Source: a bacterium BMS3Abin11 (lineage in GTDB: Bacteria > Pseudomonadota > Gammaproteobacteria > BMS3Bbin11). From it: DNA of 64,000 bases. Location: positions 6,152 to 70,151 of the forward strand of contig BDTD01000006.1 in the NCBI GenBank assembly GCA_002897635.1. The letters run 5' to 3'. A program made the position numbers and the translations under genes. Of this stretch, positions 39,821 through 49,319 are shown one piece after another. How positions within the stretch are numbered: the stretch's first letter is position 1; the number at the start of each line of letters is the position of its first letter. The notes under the pieces were generated by a model. That model saw nothing but the letters and a program-made list of their open reading frames with translations. It was not told the origin of the DNA and searched no databases.

Positions 39821-39957
39821 ATATAGGTTGGAGCAGAACCTGGTCGCAGTCTGCCCTATAGTTAAAGACGAATAAGGGAGCGGTTTGATTGCAGAACGAT
39901 AAGAAAATCAAGAGATCGGTAGCCGGTACCGGCAAGATGAATGCAATCAGCGGATAA

Positions 39958-40031
39958 CACGTCCATGTGTACAATGCGCAATAGTTCAAATAACTGGTTT
40001 GACTATACCATCATAGTTTTCAGGTTCAATC
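39958..40031 (+). repeat. 74-nt repeat, copy 2 (upstream of the GGDEF gene)
   Basis: See 37567-37640. Confidence 0.8.
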
Positions 40032-40116
40032 GACCCCGTAGGTTCCCACCGTAGGTTCCCCAAAAATAATATGATACTCTGATCTCTGGCCATTTTTTTG
40101 ACAGATCTGGTAACCA

Positions 40117-41622
40117 ATGAAGAAAGAAAATAAAGTTACTGTCTACGCAGATCTAAACTGCCCTTATTGCTACGCACTAAATGAGCGTCTAGTACATCTG
40201 AATGCTGTTCAAGCGGTTATTTGGAGGCCGATCGAGCATGCGCCAGATCTTCACGCACATACCTTTACGAAAAAAGACCGGCAAGAATTAGTTTCGGAGG
40301 TCGATGATGTTAAAGCAAAAGCGGTAGATGTTGCACTTGGTCTACCTAACTCGCGGCTAAATAGTAGGAAAGCCAACGAGTTGCTTGCCACTATCATTCG
40401 TGCTCACCCAGACAAAGCAGTAAATTTTCGTACGGCGGCTTACCGTGCACTTTGGCAACGAGGCGAGGACTTCTCAAATCCTGAAATTCTGGAACAGTTG
40501 CTTGCTTCATGTGGGCTTCCTAATCTGCAGGTCATTTCATCGGCGAAAGATGATCTTTCCGAGTGGCAATGTGCTTGGGAGCTTGGTCAATTTGCTAGAA
40601 AAATCCCAAGCCTTGAATCAAATATTGGTTTTAAAATTCTTGGACTCCCTCCCATCGAGCAGCTTAAAACATTTTTACTTGATGGGAAAACACACATCAC
40701 TAGATTTAAAGATGCAGCTTGCGCCGCATCAGCCCGGTATTTAATTGCGGTAATTTCAGATAAACAGAGTGATTGGCAGAAACCTAAATTATTGGAAGCC
40801 ATATCTTGTTGCAATTTTTACACATCTGTAAATGAGTTTTTAAATAGCTTGTCGGAAAGTAGTAATGTGGACTTGATTGTACTGAATAGTCTAAAGCAGG
40901 ATCCATTAGCTACTATTAGGCAATTAAAAAACTTAACTATGACGCAATATATACCTGTTGTATTGTTGCTTAATGAGGTGAGTGAGAAAATACAAATAGA
41001 TGCATATCGTGCGGGGGTTGCCGAGGTCGCTTCTTCCTCCGATAATGAGGAGATATTGGGTCACCGCATTGTCAGGCAGCTCCATTTCAAAAGATATACC
41101 GATAAACTTTATGAGCTAGCACACATTGACGTCCTGACCGGGTTGCCCAACCGGAGGGAGTTTGATGGGAGTATCAATAGAGAGTGGAAGCGGAGAATGC
41201 GAGAGAAGGGTACCCTGAGTATTCTGATGATTGATGTGGATGGATTCAAGGCCTACAACGATACTTATGGTCACAGCAAGGGCGATGAGGTGTTGCGTCG
41301 TTTAGCTGAAGTAATAAATTCTTGCGTTAATCGCCCGACGGATTTATCTGCGCGTTATGGTGGAGATGAATTTGTATTGATATTACCAGGAACTGATACT
41401 GAGGGTGCAAAATTGGTTGCTGAGTTCATACGTACACAGATTGCGGTCCACAATATCAAAAATATTTCATCACCCGTCCGCCCATATGTTACTGTAAGCA
41501 TTGGGTTGGCAGAAGCAAATAAAACAACGAAAATGTCAATGGAAGAGTTTATTGCAGTTGCCGATATGGCTCTTTATAAAGCTAAAGAGAACGGTCGTGA
41601 TCAAATCATTGTTGCTGATTAA
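40117..41622 (+). CDS. DsbA-like thioredoxin-fold / degenerate receiver / GGDEF diguanylate cyclase fusion
   Basis: The N-terminus VTVYADLNCPYCYALNERL has a CPYC motif and no signal peptide. The middle REC-like block DLIVLNSL has Asn where the phospho-acceptor Asp would be. The C-terminus has the RPTD I-site five residues before RYGGDEFVLIL. Confidence 0.85.
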   Translation: MKKENKVTVYADLNCPYCYALNERLVHLNAVQAVIWRPIEHAPDLHAHTFTKKDRQELVSEVDDVKAKAVDVALGLPNSRLNSRKANELLATIIRAHPDKAVNFRTAAYRALWQRGEDFSNPEILEQLLASCGLPNLQVISSAKDDLSEWQCAWELGQFARKIPSLESNIGFKILGLPPIEQLKTFLLDGKTHITRFKDAACAASARYLIAVISDKQSDWQKPKLLEAISCCNFYTSVNEFLNSLSESSNVDLIVLNSLKQDPLATIRQLKNLTMTQYIPVVLLLNEVSEKIQIDAYRAGVAEVASSSDNEEILGHRIVRQLHFKRYTDKLYELAHIDVLTGLPNRREFDGSINREWKRRMREKGTLSILMIDVDGFKAYNDTYGHSKGDEVLRRLAEVINSCVNRPTDLSARYGGDEFVLILPGTDTEGAKLVAEFIRTQIAVHNIKNISSPVRPYVTVSIGLAEANKTTKMSMEEFIAVADMALYKAKENGRDQIIVAD

Positions 41623-41826
41623 ACACCCATAGGGTCAGTCTATTGAAAGAGTATCATAGTCCATTTTTATATCCATCACTTCACTTCTTACACTCTTCGG
41701 GCCAATACAGTTAACCTGAATAATCTCGTACAGCCTTTTTATTGTCAGATCAATGAAGTCTGACCCACTGTTTTACCGTTTTACCCCACTGTTTTTGAAA
41801 TTAGAAAAATTCAGGAGGCACTTACA

Positions 41827-42510
41827 ATGAAAGTATTAATTCTATCGGATATTCATGCAAACTATCCGGCTTTAAAATCCGTGCTGGATAAAGATGGAGA
41901 TTATGATCTATTGTTGTTCCTCGGTGATGTGGTTGATTATGGTCCAAATCCTGAGGAATGCCTGGATTTTATAAAAAATAATGCTGATTATTGTGTGCGG
42001 GGTAATCACGATCATGCAATGGGCTACAATACGGATTGCCATAGTATGGGTTCTTTTAGGGAATTCTCTATCGAAACAAGAAGATGGCATCGTACCTTGT
42101 TATCGGATGACGACATCAGCTTTCTTAGAAATATGCCTTTAACTAATACGTTATACATCGAAGGAGAATCCTGTTTTATGGCACACGCATCTCCACAGGG
42201 CGATATGGCTAAATATTTAACGGTTGAAGAAATGACAAAAGAACTGAAAAATATACTCACCAAATATGTCCTGGTTGGGCATACTCATATTCAGTATCAA
42301 AAAAAGCTTGCCGATTCTTTAATTATCAACCCCGGTAGCGTTGGATTGGCCCGCGACAGTAGTAAAGCCTGTTATGCAGTTTATGAGAACAACATCTTCA
42401 CTTTGAAAAAAGTCGATTATGATACAGATAAAACAATCTCGGATTTGATGGAAAGTCCTGTATCTCAAAGTTGTAAAGATGGTTTAAGAAAAATATTATT
42501 GCACACATAA
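41827..42510 (+). CDS. Metallophosphoesterase (YfcE-like calcineurin-fold)
   Basis: Carries LSDIHAN, GDVVDYGP, GNHDH and GHTH. AGGAGG lies upstream. Confidence 0.8.
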   Translation: MKVLILSDIHANYPALKSVLDKDGDYDLLLFLGDVVDYGPNPEECLDFIKNNADYCVRGNHDHAMGYNTDCHSMGSFREFSIETRRWHRTLLSDDDISFLRNMPLTNTLYIEGESCFMAHASPQGDMAKYLTVEEMTKELKNILTKYVLVGHTHIQYQKKLADSLIINPGSVGLARDSSKACYAVYENNIFTLKKVDYDTDKTISDLMESPVSQSCKDGLRKILLHT

Positions 42511-42721
42511 AATCTCGATTAACGAGACTTCGTAAAAAGGATGATAGGAGCCATGTATTGAAATATCATATTTAGGAATCCTCAAGTGATAAACCGACAC
42601 CTGTCCCCCGTTCCTTGTGAACTCGCCCATATAAAGGGCGAAACCCTTAGCTGTGAGCCAGCACAATAATAAAAAAAGCAAAACCCACCCAGAAAGGGTA
42701 ACCTCAGCTGTGCGTGAGCAC

Positions 42722-42745
42722 AAAAAAGCCGACCAACAGGTCGAC
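42722..42745 (-). terminator. Rho-independent terminator of rpsT
   Basis: The minus strand reads GTCGACC-TGTT-GGTCGGC followed by TTTTTT. Confidence 0.7.
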
Positions 42746-42778
42746 TCTCAAAAAATCCTTGATATTTCGATCAAACCC

Positions 42779-43042
42779 TCAAACCATTGCCTTAATCCGA
42801 GCATTCATATGACTCTTCAAACGCGCCGCCTTGTTCTTATGCTGTAATCCACGCCTGGCATTGCGATCAATAATTGAAACTGCAGAATAGTAAGCGGATA
42901 CGGCCTTATCCTTATCATTGTTTTCTATTGCTATGTATACTGTCTTGATATAGGTACGCATCATGCTGCGCATACTGTGGTTTTGAGTACGGCGTACCGT
43001 ATTTTGACGGGCACGTTTACGTGCCTGAGGTGAATTTGCCAA
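42779..43042 (-). CDS. rpsT: 30S ribosomal protein S20
   Basis: Begins MANSPQARKRARQN and ends HKNKAARLKSHMNARIKA. Confidence 0.94.
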   Translation of the reverse strand: MANSPQARKRARQNTVRRTQNHSMRSMMRTYIKTVYIAIENNDKDKAVSAYYSAVSIIDRNARRGLQHKNKAARLKSHMNARIKAMV

Positions 43043-43291
43043 TGTCTAATCCTCTTGGAACAGGGCTGAGTCTGAGAAAACCGCACAATATCCTTGTTTC
43101 TGGGTGATTTGTCAAGTTTAAAGCTGATTCTAGCCGCTGACAAATGCTTCTCGATGACACTATTATTTCCTTCTTTTGCTGCACCCAGGTTACTGAACAA
43201 TAGTAATTGATGTTCTCGCCCGATTCTTTCCTTTCTTTGCATACTGACATCAGGTAGCGTTACGCCATCATGCAAACAGACACGAACTAAA

Positions 43292-44830
43292 ATGACCGGC
43301 GGACTAGTAAAATCCACGTTGAATACGGGTTCGATGACCCTGATATCACGCATATCAGGGTTGATACGTGATGTTGTACTGGCAACCTCATTCGGTGCAG
43401 GCCTGGCAGCTGATGCCTTTTATGTGGCCTTCCGCATACCCAATTTCTTTCGCAGAATTTTTGCTGAGGGGGCCTTTTCTCAGGCTTTTGTGCCGGTATT
43501 AAGTGAATACCGGAATCGAAGTGATGAGGCGGCGATTCGCGTCTTCATCAGTCATATGTCTGCATCGCTGGGCCTGATTCTTTTGTTAGTTGTTGTGGGA
43601 GGGGTGTTGGCATCCTCGGCGATTGTGACCGTGCTTGCGCCGGGTTTTCTGGATGAACCCGAGAAGTTTGCAACCACGGTGAGCATGTTGCGGATAACCT
43701 TCCCCTATCTACTTTTTATCTCGCTGGTCGCCATGTCAGGCGGCATCATGAATGCCTGTCACCATTTTACAACACCTGCATTTACACCTGTGTTATTGAA
43801 CCTGAGCATGATTGCAGCTGCGCTGCTGTTAGCACCTCTAATGGATGGTTCAGCGATTGCTCTGGCGTGGGGCGTGTTGCTTGCAGGTTTTGTGCAGTTA
43901 TTCTTTCAGTTCCCGAAATTGCGTCAGATGAACTTACTGGTATTCCCTCGTTTCAACTGGCAGGATGAAGGGGTACGCAAGGTCGGTAAATTGATGCTTC
44001 CAGCCATCATTGGCAGTTCTGCGGCACAGATTAATTTGCTTATAAATACCATTCTGGCATCCTTTCTGGTCACTGGCAGCGTTACCTGGTTGTACTATTC
44101 AGACCGCTTGATGGAATTTCCGTTAGGGATTTTTGGTATTGCCCTGGCCACGGTTATCCTGCCAGCTTTGTCTGATACACATCACGCCAGAAGCAAAGAA
44201 GAATTTTCGGCATTACTGGACTGGGCATTGCGCTGGGCTTTGCTAATCGGCCTGCCGGCCTCCGTTGCACTGGTGTTGTTATCTGAGGCACTGCTTGCGA
44301 CTTTATTTCAGTACCGGGCATTCACCGCCTGGGATGTCGGCATGGCGAGCAAAAGCCTGATTGCTTTTTCTCTGGGACTGCCTGGCCTGATTCTGATTAA
44401 GGTGCTTGCCCCAGGTTTTTTTGCCCGCCAGGATACCCGCACACCGGCCAGGATCGCGGTGATTTCGGTCATCGTGAACATTATTTTTAGTCTGCTACTG
44501 ATAAAGCCGTTGGCCCACATGGGCCTGGCACTGGCATTGACAGTTTCAGCCTACGTCAATTCCGGGTTACTGTACTTTACATTGCGCAGGCATGGTGTCT
44601 TACATCTGCAGCCTGGATGGACGTTTTTCCTGATTAAGGTATTTATCGCAAGCATAGGCATGGGGGTGGTCCTGTATTATGGGGCAGGAGATCTTCAGAT
44701 ATGGATAAATGCTGGTCTACTTGAACGTATCAGTAGATTGACTATTCTTATTGTGACGGGAGCAGTTGTTTATTTTTCACTGGTGTTTGCTTTTAAGATA
44801 CCGATAAAAGAGATGTTAAAGTCAGGCTAA
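43292..44830 (+). CDS. murJ: Lipid II flippase MurJ
   Basis: Carries SRISGLIRDVVLATSFGAG, DAFYVAFRIPNFFRR.FAEGAFSQAFVPV and about 14 TM segments. Confidence 0.92.
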   Translation: MTGGLVKSTLNTGSMTLISRISGLIRDVVLATSFGAGLAADAFYVAFRIPNFFRRIFAEGAFSQAFVPVLSEYRNRSDEAAIRVFISHMSASLGLILLLVVVGGVLASSAIVTVLAPGFLDEPEKFATTVSMLRITFPYLLFISLVAMSGGIMNACHHFTTPAFTPVLLNLSMIAAALLLAPLMDGSAIALAWGVLLAGFVQLFFQFPKLRQMNLLVFPRFNWQDEGVRKVGKLMLPAIIGSSAAQINLLINTILASFLVTGSVTWLYYSDRLMEFPLGIFGIALATVILPALSDTHHARSKEEFSALLDWALRWALLIGLPASVALVLLSEALLATLFQYRAFTAWDVGMASKSLIAFSLGLPGLILIKVLAPGFFARQDTRTPARIAVISVIVNIIFSLLLIKPLAHMGLALALTVSAYVNSGLLYFTLRRHGVLHLQPGWTFFLIKVFIASIGMGVVLYYGAGDLQIWINAGLLERISRLTILIVTGAVVYFSLVFAFKIPIKEMLKSG

Positions 44831-45249
44831 TGTACGAACTGGACAGACGCTTTGTGGCACAAATTTTTCCACTGGATGAGCAGAGGGTGTTTACTCTTTC
44901 TGAAGCGAGGGCACTGATGCCCCTGATAGTAAAAATAACTACAGCGGCGCATAAAAAGCTGGAGCCATTAAGATCACAATTGCAAACAAGTATCACTGTA
45001 AATAATGGTTCAGCCGATACTGTTGAATTAGCCTATCGTAAAGTTGTACAGGACTGGATAGATAAACTGCAACGTCTGGGTGTCACAGCCAGCAATCTCT
45101 GGGTGGTACATTTTGATACCGGTGATGGACATTTGTGCTGGCGCTTCCCGGAATTACGTCTGGCAAATTTTCATCTGTATGAGGATTGCGAGAAGGGACG
45201 ACGTTCGGTGAAAGAGTATGTGGAATTGTTTCAGCCGGATTGGGGTTGA
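44830..45249 (+). CDS. DUF2203-like protein
   Basis: FTLSEARALMPLI and HLCWRFPE resemble the DUF2203 family. The ATG overlaps the murJ TAA by 1 nt. Confidence 0.55.
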   Translation: MYELDRRFVAQIFPLDEQRVFTLSEARALMPLIVKITTAAHKKLEPLRSQLQTSITVNNGSADTVELAYRKVVQDWIDKLQRLGVTASNLWVVHFDTGDGHLCWRFPELRLANFHLYEDCEKGRRSVKEYVELFQPDWG

Positions 45250-45251
45250 AA

Positions 45252-45450
45252 GAAGTTCCAAGTTCCAAGTTCCAAGTTCCAAGTCAAACACTAAAAGCTT
45301 TTCACCACAGAGGACACAGAGAGCACAGAGGAAAGAAAAAAGATTTTAGGTTACAACAAAAAACCTCTGTGTCCTCCGTGTCCTCTGTGGTTAACTGGTT
45401 TTGACTTTAGCTTGGAACTTGGAACTTGGAACTTTAGACTTGGAACTTCA
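45252..45450. repeat. Nested heptamer-repeat palindrome (AGTTCCA x4 outer arms, CACAGAG-type inner arms)
   Basis: The left arm agttcca x4 faces the right arm ttggaac repeats. The inner arms ccacagaggacacagagagcacagagg and cctctgtgtcctccgtgtcctctgtgg face each other. The element fills the whole spacer between two convergent genes. Confidence 0.85.
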
Positions 45451-47079
45451 GTCCCGATACAAATCCCGGCTGTAATGATGATCAAGTGGATTCGCCCTGT
45501 ATCCCTTGATATCAGGTTTCACCAGATGTCGTGAGACATAGTGATAAATGGGAATGATGACCTGCTCGTCGAGCAGTTGTTGCTCTGCCTGCCGAATCAA
45601 TTCCTCTCTCTGAGTGATAACCATCGTTGATTCGATCTGTTTTATTAAATCGTCATACACTGGATTGGCGTAGCCGGAATCATTCTTGGCATTGTTGCTG
45701 GTGAACAGGGTCAGGAAGCTGCTGGCGTCGTTGTAGTCGGCTATCCATGAAGCACGGTAGAGCTGTGTTTCTGTTTTGCTCTTTCTTCTATTGAGAAATG
45801 TTTTCCATTCTTCATTGATCAGTTCTACTTTTATGCCGAGGTTTTTCTTCCACATGGTAGCGATGGCGATGGCAATGCGTTTGTTCTGATCGCTGGAGTT
45901 GTAGTGTAGAGTGGTGTGAAGGGGGGTGTTGCGGCTGTAGCCGGCCCTGTTGTAGAGCTGTTTGGCCAGTTTCAGGTTTTGACCCAAGCTGCTAGCAGAT
46001 TGTTCGGATCCGGACATAATTCCGGGTGGTAGCCATCGGTCTGCTGGATGCTCACCATTTCCCAGGATCTTATCTGTAATCATTGTCCTGTCTATGGCCA
46101 GTGACAGAGCCCGACGTAAGTCGGTATTTCCTTTGAATGGCTTGCGAGTCAGGTTGAAGCCGTAATAGTAGGTACCGAGGTAAGGGCTGATGAAGGCTTC
46201 ACCAGGCAGGTTTTTTTTGATCCAGCCGAGCTTGTTTGGTGGAATGGTATCGGTCCAGTCTAATTCACCGGCGCGGTAGCGGCTGAATTCGCTGTTGCTG
46301 GTTTCAATTGGATAATAGACCACCTTTTTAAAAAAGAGTTTTTTCTGATTGTAGTAATGAGTGTTCCGGTTAAGCACCAGCTTTTCGTATGGAACCCATT
46401 GCTGTAGGATCCAGGCACCATTTGAAATTATGTTTCCGGCACTGAAGGCCTTGTCTTTGTACTTTATCAGGGAAGTTGCGTAGACAGGGAAGGCAATCGG
46501 GTGGCTTAATATTTGAAGAATCCAGGGGGCAGGGTGCTCAAGTTTTATGATCAGATTGTGGGCATCCGGCATTTCAACGCCCAGCCTGTCTGCTGGTAGT
46601 TTGCCGTCCATGATTGCTCGTGCATTCTTTATGGGCAGAAGCAGGCTTGCCATCGGAGCCGCCGTATCCGGGTCGAGGGCGCGTCGTAGTGAAAAGACGA
46701 AATCAGCAGCGCTTAAAGCATCACCATTTGACCAGGTAACACATGTACGTAAATTGAATGTGTAGGTTAAACCATCCTCACTGACCGACCATTTTTCTGC
46801 CATACCGGGGATAATATTTCCCTCAGCATCTTCGGTCACCAGTCCCTCAAACAGATCACGTAGAATATTGCCGCTGGAGACATCTTCTGATTGATGCGGG
46901 TCGAGTGTAACGGGTTCGGTGCTGTTGCCTCGATGGAGTATCTCAGCCGGGTTTGTATTGCCGGCTATTAAGGGTGTGCTGACAAAAACTAGTAACAATA
47001 CTGTAAAGCATAGAAATGAATGTAGGTGCGAATTCATTCGCACAAAAAGGTCTGATGGATGTCTGATGTGCATTGTCAA
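45448..47079 (-). CDS. ABC transporter substrate-binding protein, peptide/nickel (family 5, OppA-like)
   Basis: 543-aa protein with a signal peptide. It carries NPAEILHRGNSTEPVTLDPH and WSNGDALSAADFVFS. The start (47079 or 47037) is uncertain because both lie by or in a palindromic repeat. Confidence 0.85.
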   Translation of the reverse strand: MTMHIRHPSDLFVRMNSHLHSFLCFTVLLLVFVSTPLIAGNTNPAEILHRGNSTEPVTLDPHQSEDVSSGNILRDLFEGLVTEDAEGNIIPGMAEKWSVSEDGLTYTFNLRTCVTWSNGDALSAADFVFSLRRALDPDTAAPMASLLLPIKNARAIMDGKLPADRLGVEMPDAHNLIIKLEHPAPWILQILSHPIAFPVYATSLIKYKDKAFSAGNIISNGAWILQQWVPYEKLVLNRNTHYYNQKKLFFKKVVYYPIETSNSEFSRYRAGELDWTDTIPPNKLGWIKKNLPGEAFISPYLGTYYYGFNLTRKPFKGNTDLRRALSLAIDRTMITDKILGNGEHPADRWLPPGIMSGSEQSASSLGQNLKLAKQLYNRAGYSRNTPLHTTLHYNSSDQNKRIAIAIATMWKKNLGIKVELINEEWKTFLNRRKSKTETQLYRASWIADYNDASSFLTLFTSNNAKNDSGYANPVYDDLIKQIESTMVITQREELIRQAEQQLLDEQVIIPIYHYVSRHLVKPDIKGYRANPLDHHYSRDLYRD

Positions 47080-47108
47080 GATTTATGTGCGAATGAATTC
47101 GCACCTAC
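47022..47108. repeat. REP-like element: perfect 22-bp inverted repeat pair
   Basis: GTAGGTGCGAATTCATTCGCAC (47022-47043) and its exact reverse complement (47087-47108). Each arm is itself a near-palindrome. Confidence 0.8.
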
Positions 47109-47147
47109 AGGGTGAGATGTTTAAGTTTGCTGAATCTAGTTGACAGT

Positions 47148-47582
47148 TCATTTTCTTGTCTGTTCGGTAACACAGGCGAGATAATCTTTTTCCAGATCAG
47201 CGGATTCATGCCGCTGAGCTTTCCATATCGCTTCAGCCAGACATTCCAGCAGGACATGCAGTGCATCATGTTTCTCATGTTTTTGCTGCAGGGTCTGGAA
47301 GTGCTGGCGGATACCTGGTGGATTATCGATCGATAGTTGTTCATTAATTGTTACGTGCAGACTCATATGCAGGAACGGGTTTCCCTGGCCCTGCTCGGGC
47401 GGGAAATCAAAATCCAGGTATTTATTCCGGTTTTCAAGTATGGAGTGATATTCGGGATGCAGCAGGATAACGTCAATCAATAATGACTCAACACCCTGTA
47501 GAGCCTGGGATTGTTTGTACTTCTGCCAGGTATTAAAAAATACCTGCCGCATTCCGCCGCGGTCTTTTCCGTAGAGACTCAA
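47148..47582 (-). CDS. DUF1841-like protein
   Basis: Carries HPEYHSILEN, NPFLHMSLHVTINEQL and HDALHVLLECLAE. Confidence 0.55.
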   Translation of the reverse strand: MSLYGKDRGGMRQVFFNTWQKYKQSQALQGVESLLIDVILLHPEYHSILENRNKYLDFDFPPEQGQGNPFLHMSLHVTINEQLSIDNPPGIRQHFQTLQQKHEKHDALHVLLECLAEAIWKAQRHESADLEKDYLACVTEQTRK

Positions 47583-47589
47583 TGTATAT

Positions 47590-48687
47590 CTACTTTTTTC
47601 GGTTGATTTTGAACAGCCCCAGGCTTGTCGAATACTGATAGATATAGTTTCCGTTTTTTAGCGGCCCGATTTCACCGTTGCCATAGAAGCCGATAAACGG
47701 CATGCCGGGGTTCGTTTCCCTGAGTATTTCTATATCTCTGTCGCAGCCGCCGTAGAATGAGGGGCCACGTCCCAGACAGGGGAACATAAAGCCAAAATCT
47801 GCTTTGCCATGAAGTTTCTTTGTTGCGGTATCGATAGCCTGTTTCATACCAAGTTCGGCAGCATAGGTATCGCGGATGGCCAGGAACAGGTGTTCACCAG
47901 GCTGAAGCTCAGAGGTCAGGGTAATTGAAAGGCTTTCGGGGTTGGTGGAGATGATGTGGTCGAGGTGAAAGCGGCCTTCGTTTATGGCATTGTCAGTTTG
48001 GCCAAATGTGACGCCGCACAACAGCAGGTGTAGTGGGAGCTCACTTTTTTTCATCGATGCTGGCAAGGCGTTTAGCAATACATCCAGCGCCGGTGAGTCT
48101 TCAATGCTGACTACATCCAGACCCTCGGCAGCAGCAATGATGTGCGGTTTAGTCAGTGTTTTAAAACTTTGAGCGATAGCAAAACCTGCGTCGACATTGT
48201 TGATGGCCAGCTCTACACAGTTATCTGTTTTTATCCGGGCACCCTGCCAGTGTTTGTAATCTCCCTGTCCCAGTGGGTCAGATGCAATGGCACCAATATG
48301 CGGTGTCTCATCATGCAGCCAGTTCGGGTCGAAGCCCTGCGGTGTGCCAAAGGACAGAAAGGCTTTTGCTGTATCAGAGCTGCGTGGAGAGATCACTGTG
48401 TCTTTGCCAAAAACCATGGCGGCGATGCCCGGGCTGTCCAGTATCCAGTCATGATCCGTCAATATGCCATAACCGATGCAACCGGAAACCTGTAGACAGT
48501 GGGCTGTACGTGCGGCCAGGCGAACGGCAGCTTCAGCCTCATCTGAATATTCCGGTGTCATAAACAACAGTATGCTCTCAGCCTGTGTGATATCGGCCTT
48601 TTCTAAAGCGATTCTAACGGCTCTGGCAGCATGCTCAATGATGGGATGCGTACCATAACTAAGGCCGGTTGCTATGGCTGTGCTCAT
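47590..48687 (-). CDS. FIST-domain signal-transduction protein
   Basis: Has the two-part FIST_N/FIST_C layout and ends with FIGFYGNGEIGP. Confidence 0.65.
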   Translation of the reverse strand: MSTAIATGLSYGTHPIIEHAARAVRIALEKADITQAESILLFMTPEYSDEAEAAVRLAARTAHCLQVSGCIGYGILTDHDWILDSPGIAAMVFGKDTVISPRSSDTAKAFLSFGTPQGFDPNWLHDETPHIGAIASDPLGQGDYKHWQGARIKTDNCVELAINNVDAGFAIAQSFKTLTKPHIIAAAEGLDVVSIEDSPALDVLLNALPASMKKSELPLHLLLCGVTFGQTDNAINEGRFHLDHIISTNPESLSITLTSELQPGEHLFLAIRDTYAAELGMKQAIDTATKKLHGKADFGFMFPCLGRGPSFYGGCDRDIEILRETNPGMPFIGFYGNGEIGPLKNGNYIYQYSTSLGLFKINRKK

Positions 48688-49319
48688 GTTTCTGTTTTTG
48701 CTCTGTATTCACATAGATCATGAATTATACAACTGCCGCAGCGAGGTTTACGTGCGATGCAGGTATATCGTCCGTGCAGGATCAACCAGTGATGGGCATC
48801 CTGTTTATATTGGTCAGGCACCAGTCGCAGCAGTCTGTCCTCGACTTCACGTACAGTTTTTCCTTTTGCAATCCCGGTGCGGTTGGCGATGCGAAATATG
48901 TGCGTATCAACTGCAATGGTAGGTTCGCCAAAGGCTGTATTTAGTACTACATTGGCCGTTTTTCGACCTACACCGGGCAATGCCTCGAGTTCTGCTCTTG
49001 TTGCTGGTACCTTTCCCTCGTGCTCATTGATAAGAATAGCACAGGTTTTGATGATATTTTCTGCCTTGGTGTTGAATAAGCCTATTGTCCGTATATATTT
49101 TTTCAGACCATCAATGCCCATATCAAGTATGGCCTGTGCTGTATTTGCGACAGGATAGAGCTTTGTAGTGACCTTGTTGACACTGATATCGGTGGCCTGG
49201 GCAGAGAGGATGACGGAGATCAACAGCTCAAAAGGGGAGCGGTGCCTGAGTTCGGTTTGCGGCCTGGGATTGTCATTTTTCAACAGCTCAAAGATCTGTA
49301 TGCGTTTGTCTCGGTTCAT
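48684..49319 (-). CDS. nth: Endonuclease III
   Basis: Carries [28 protein letters not shown], the catalytic-region motif VDTH, and the C-terminal Fe-S motif [17 protein letters not shown]. Confidence 0.94.
   Translation of the reverse strand: MNRDKRIQIFELLKNDNPRPQTELRHRSPFELLISVILSAQATDISVNKVTTKLYPVANTAQAILDMGIDGLKKYIRTIGLFNTKAENIIKTCAILINEHEGKVPATRAELEALPGVGRKTANVVLNTAFGEPTIAVDTHIFRIANRTGIAKGKTVREVEDRLLRLVPDQYKQDAHHWLILHGRYTCIARKPRCGSCIIHDLCEYRAKTET

Noticed and set aside
39958-40116. c-di-GMP or other riboswitch upstream of the GGDEF gene.
   Set aside because: I could not recognise the conserved GEMM-type helices or tetraloop/receptor signatures. The conserved 74-mer is also found before a non-c-di-GMP gene.
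36067-42778. Chromosomal integron or gene-cassette array.
   Set aside because: Small unrelated, mostly co-oriented genes separated by repeats suggested this. However, there is no IntI-type integrase. The 74-nt repeats have no attC-like internal dyad or GTTRRRY core, and they lie upstream of genes rather than closing cassettes.
45252-45450. CRISPR array.
   Set aside because: The repeat unit is only 7 nt, the repeats are contiguous without spacers, and the whole element is palindromic. No cas genes are in the window.
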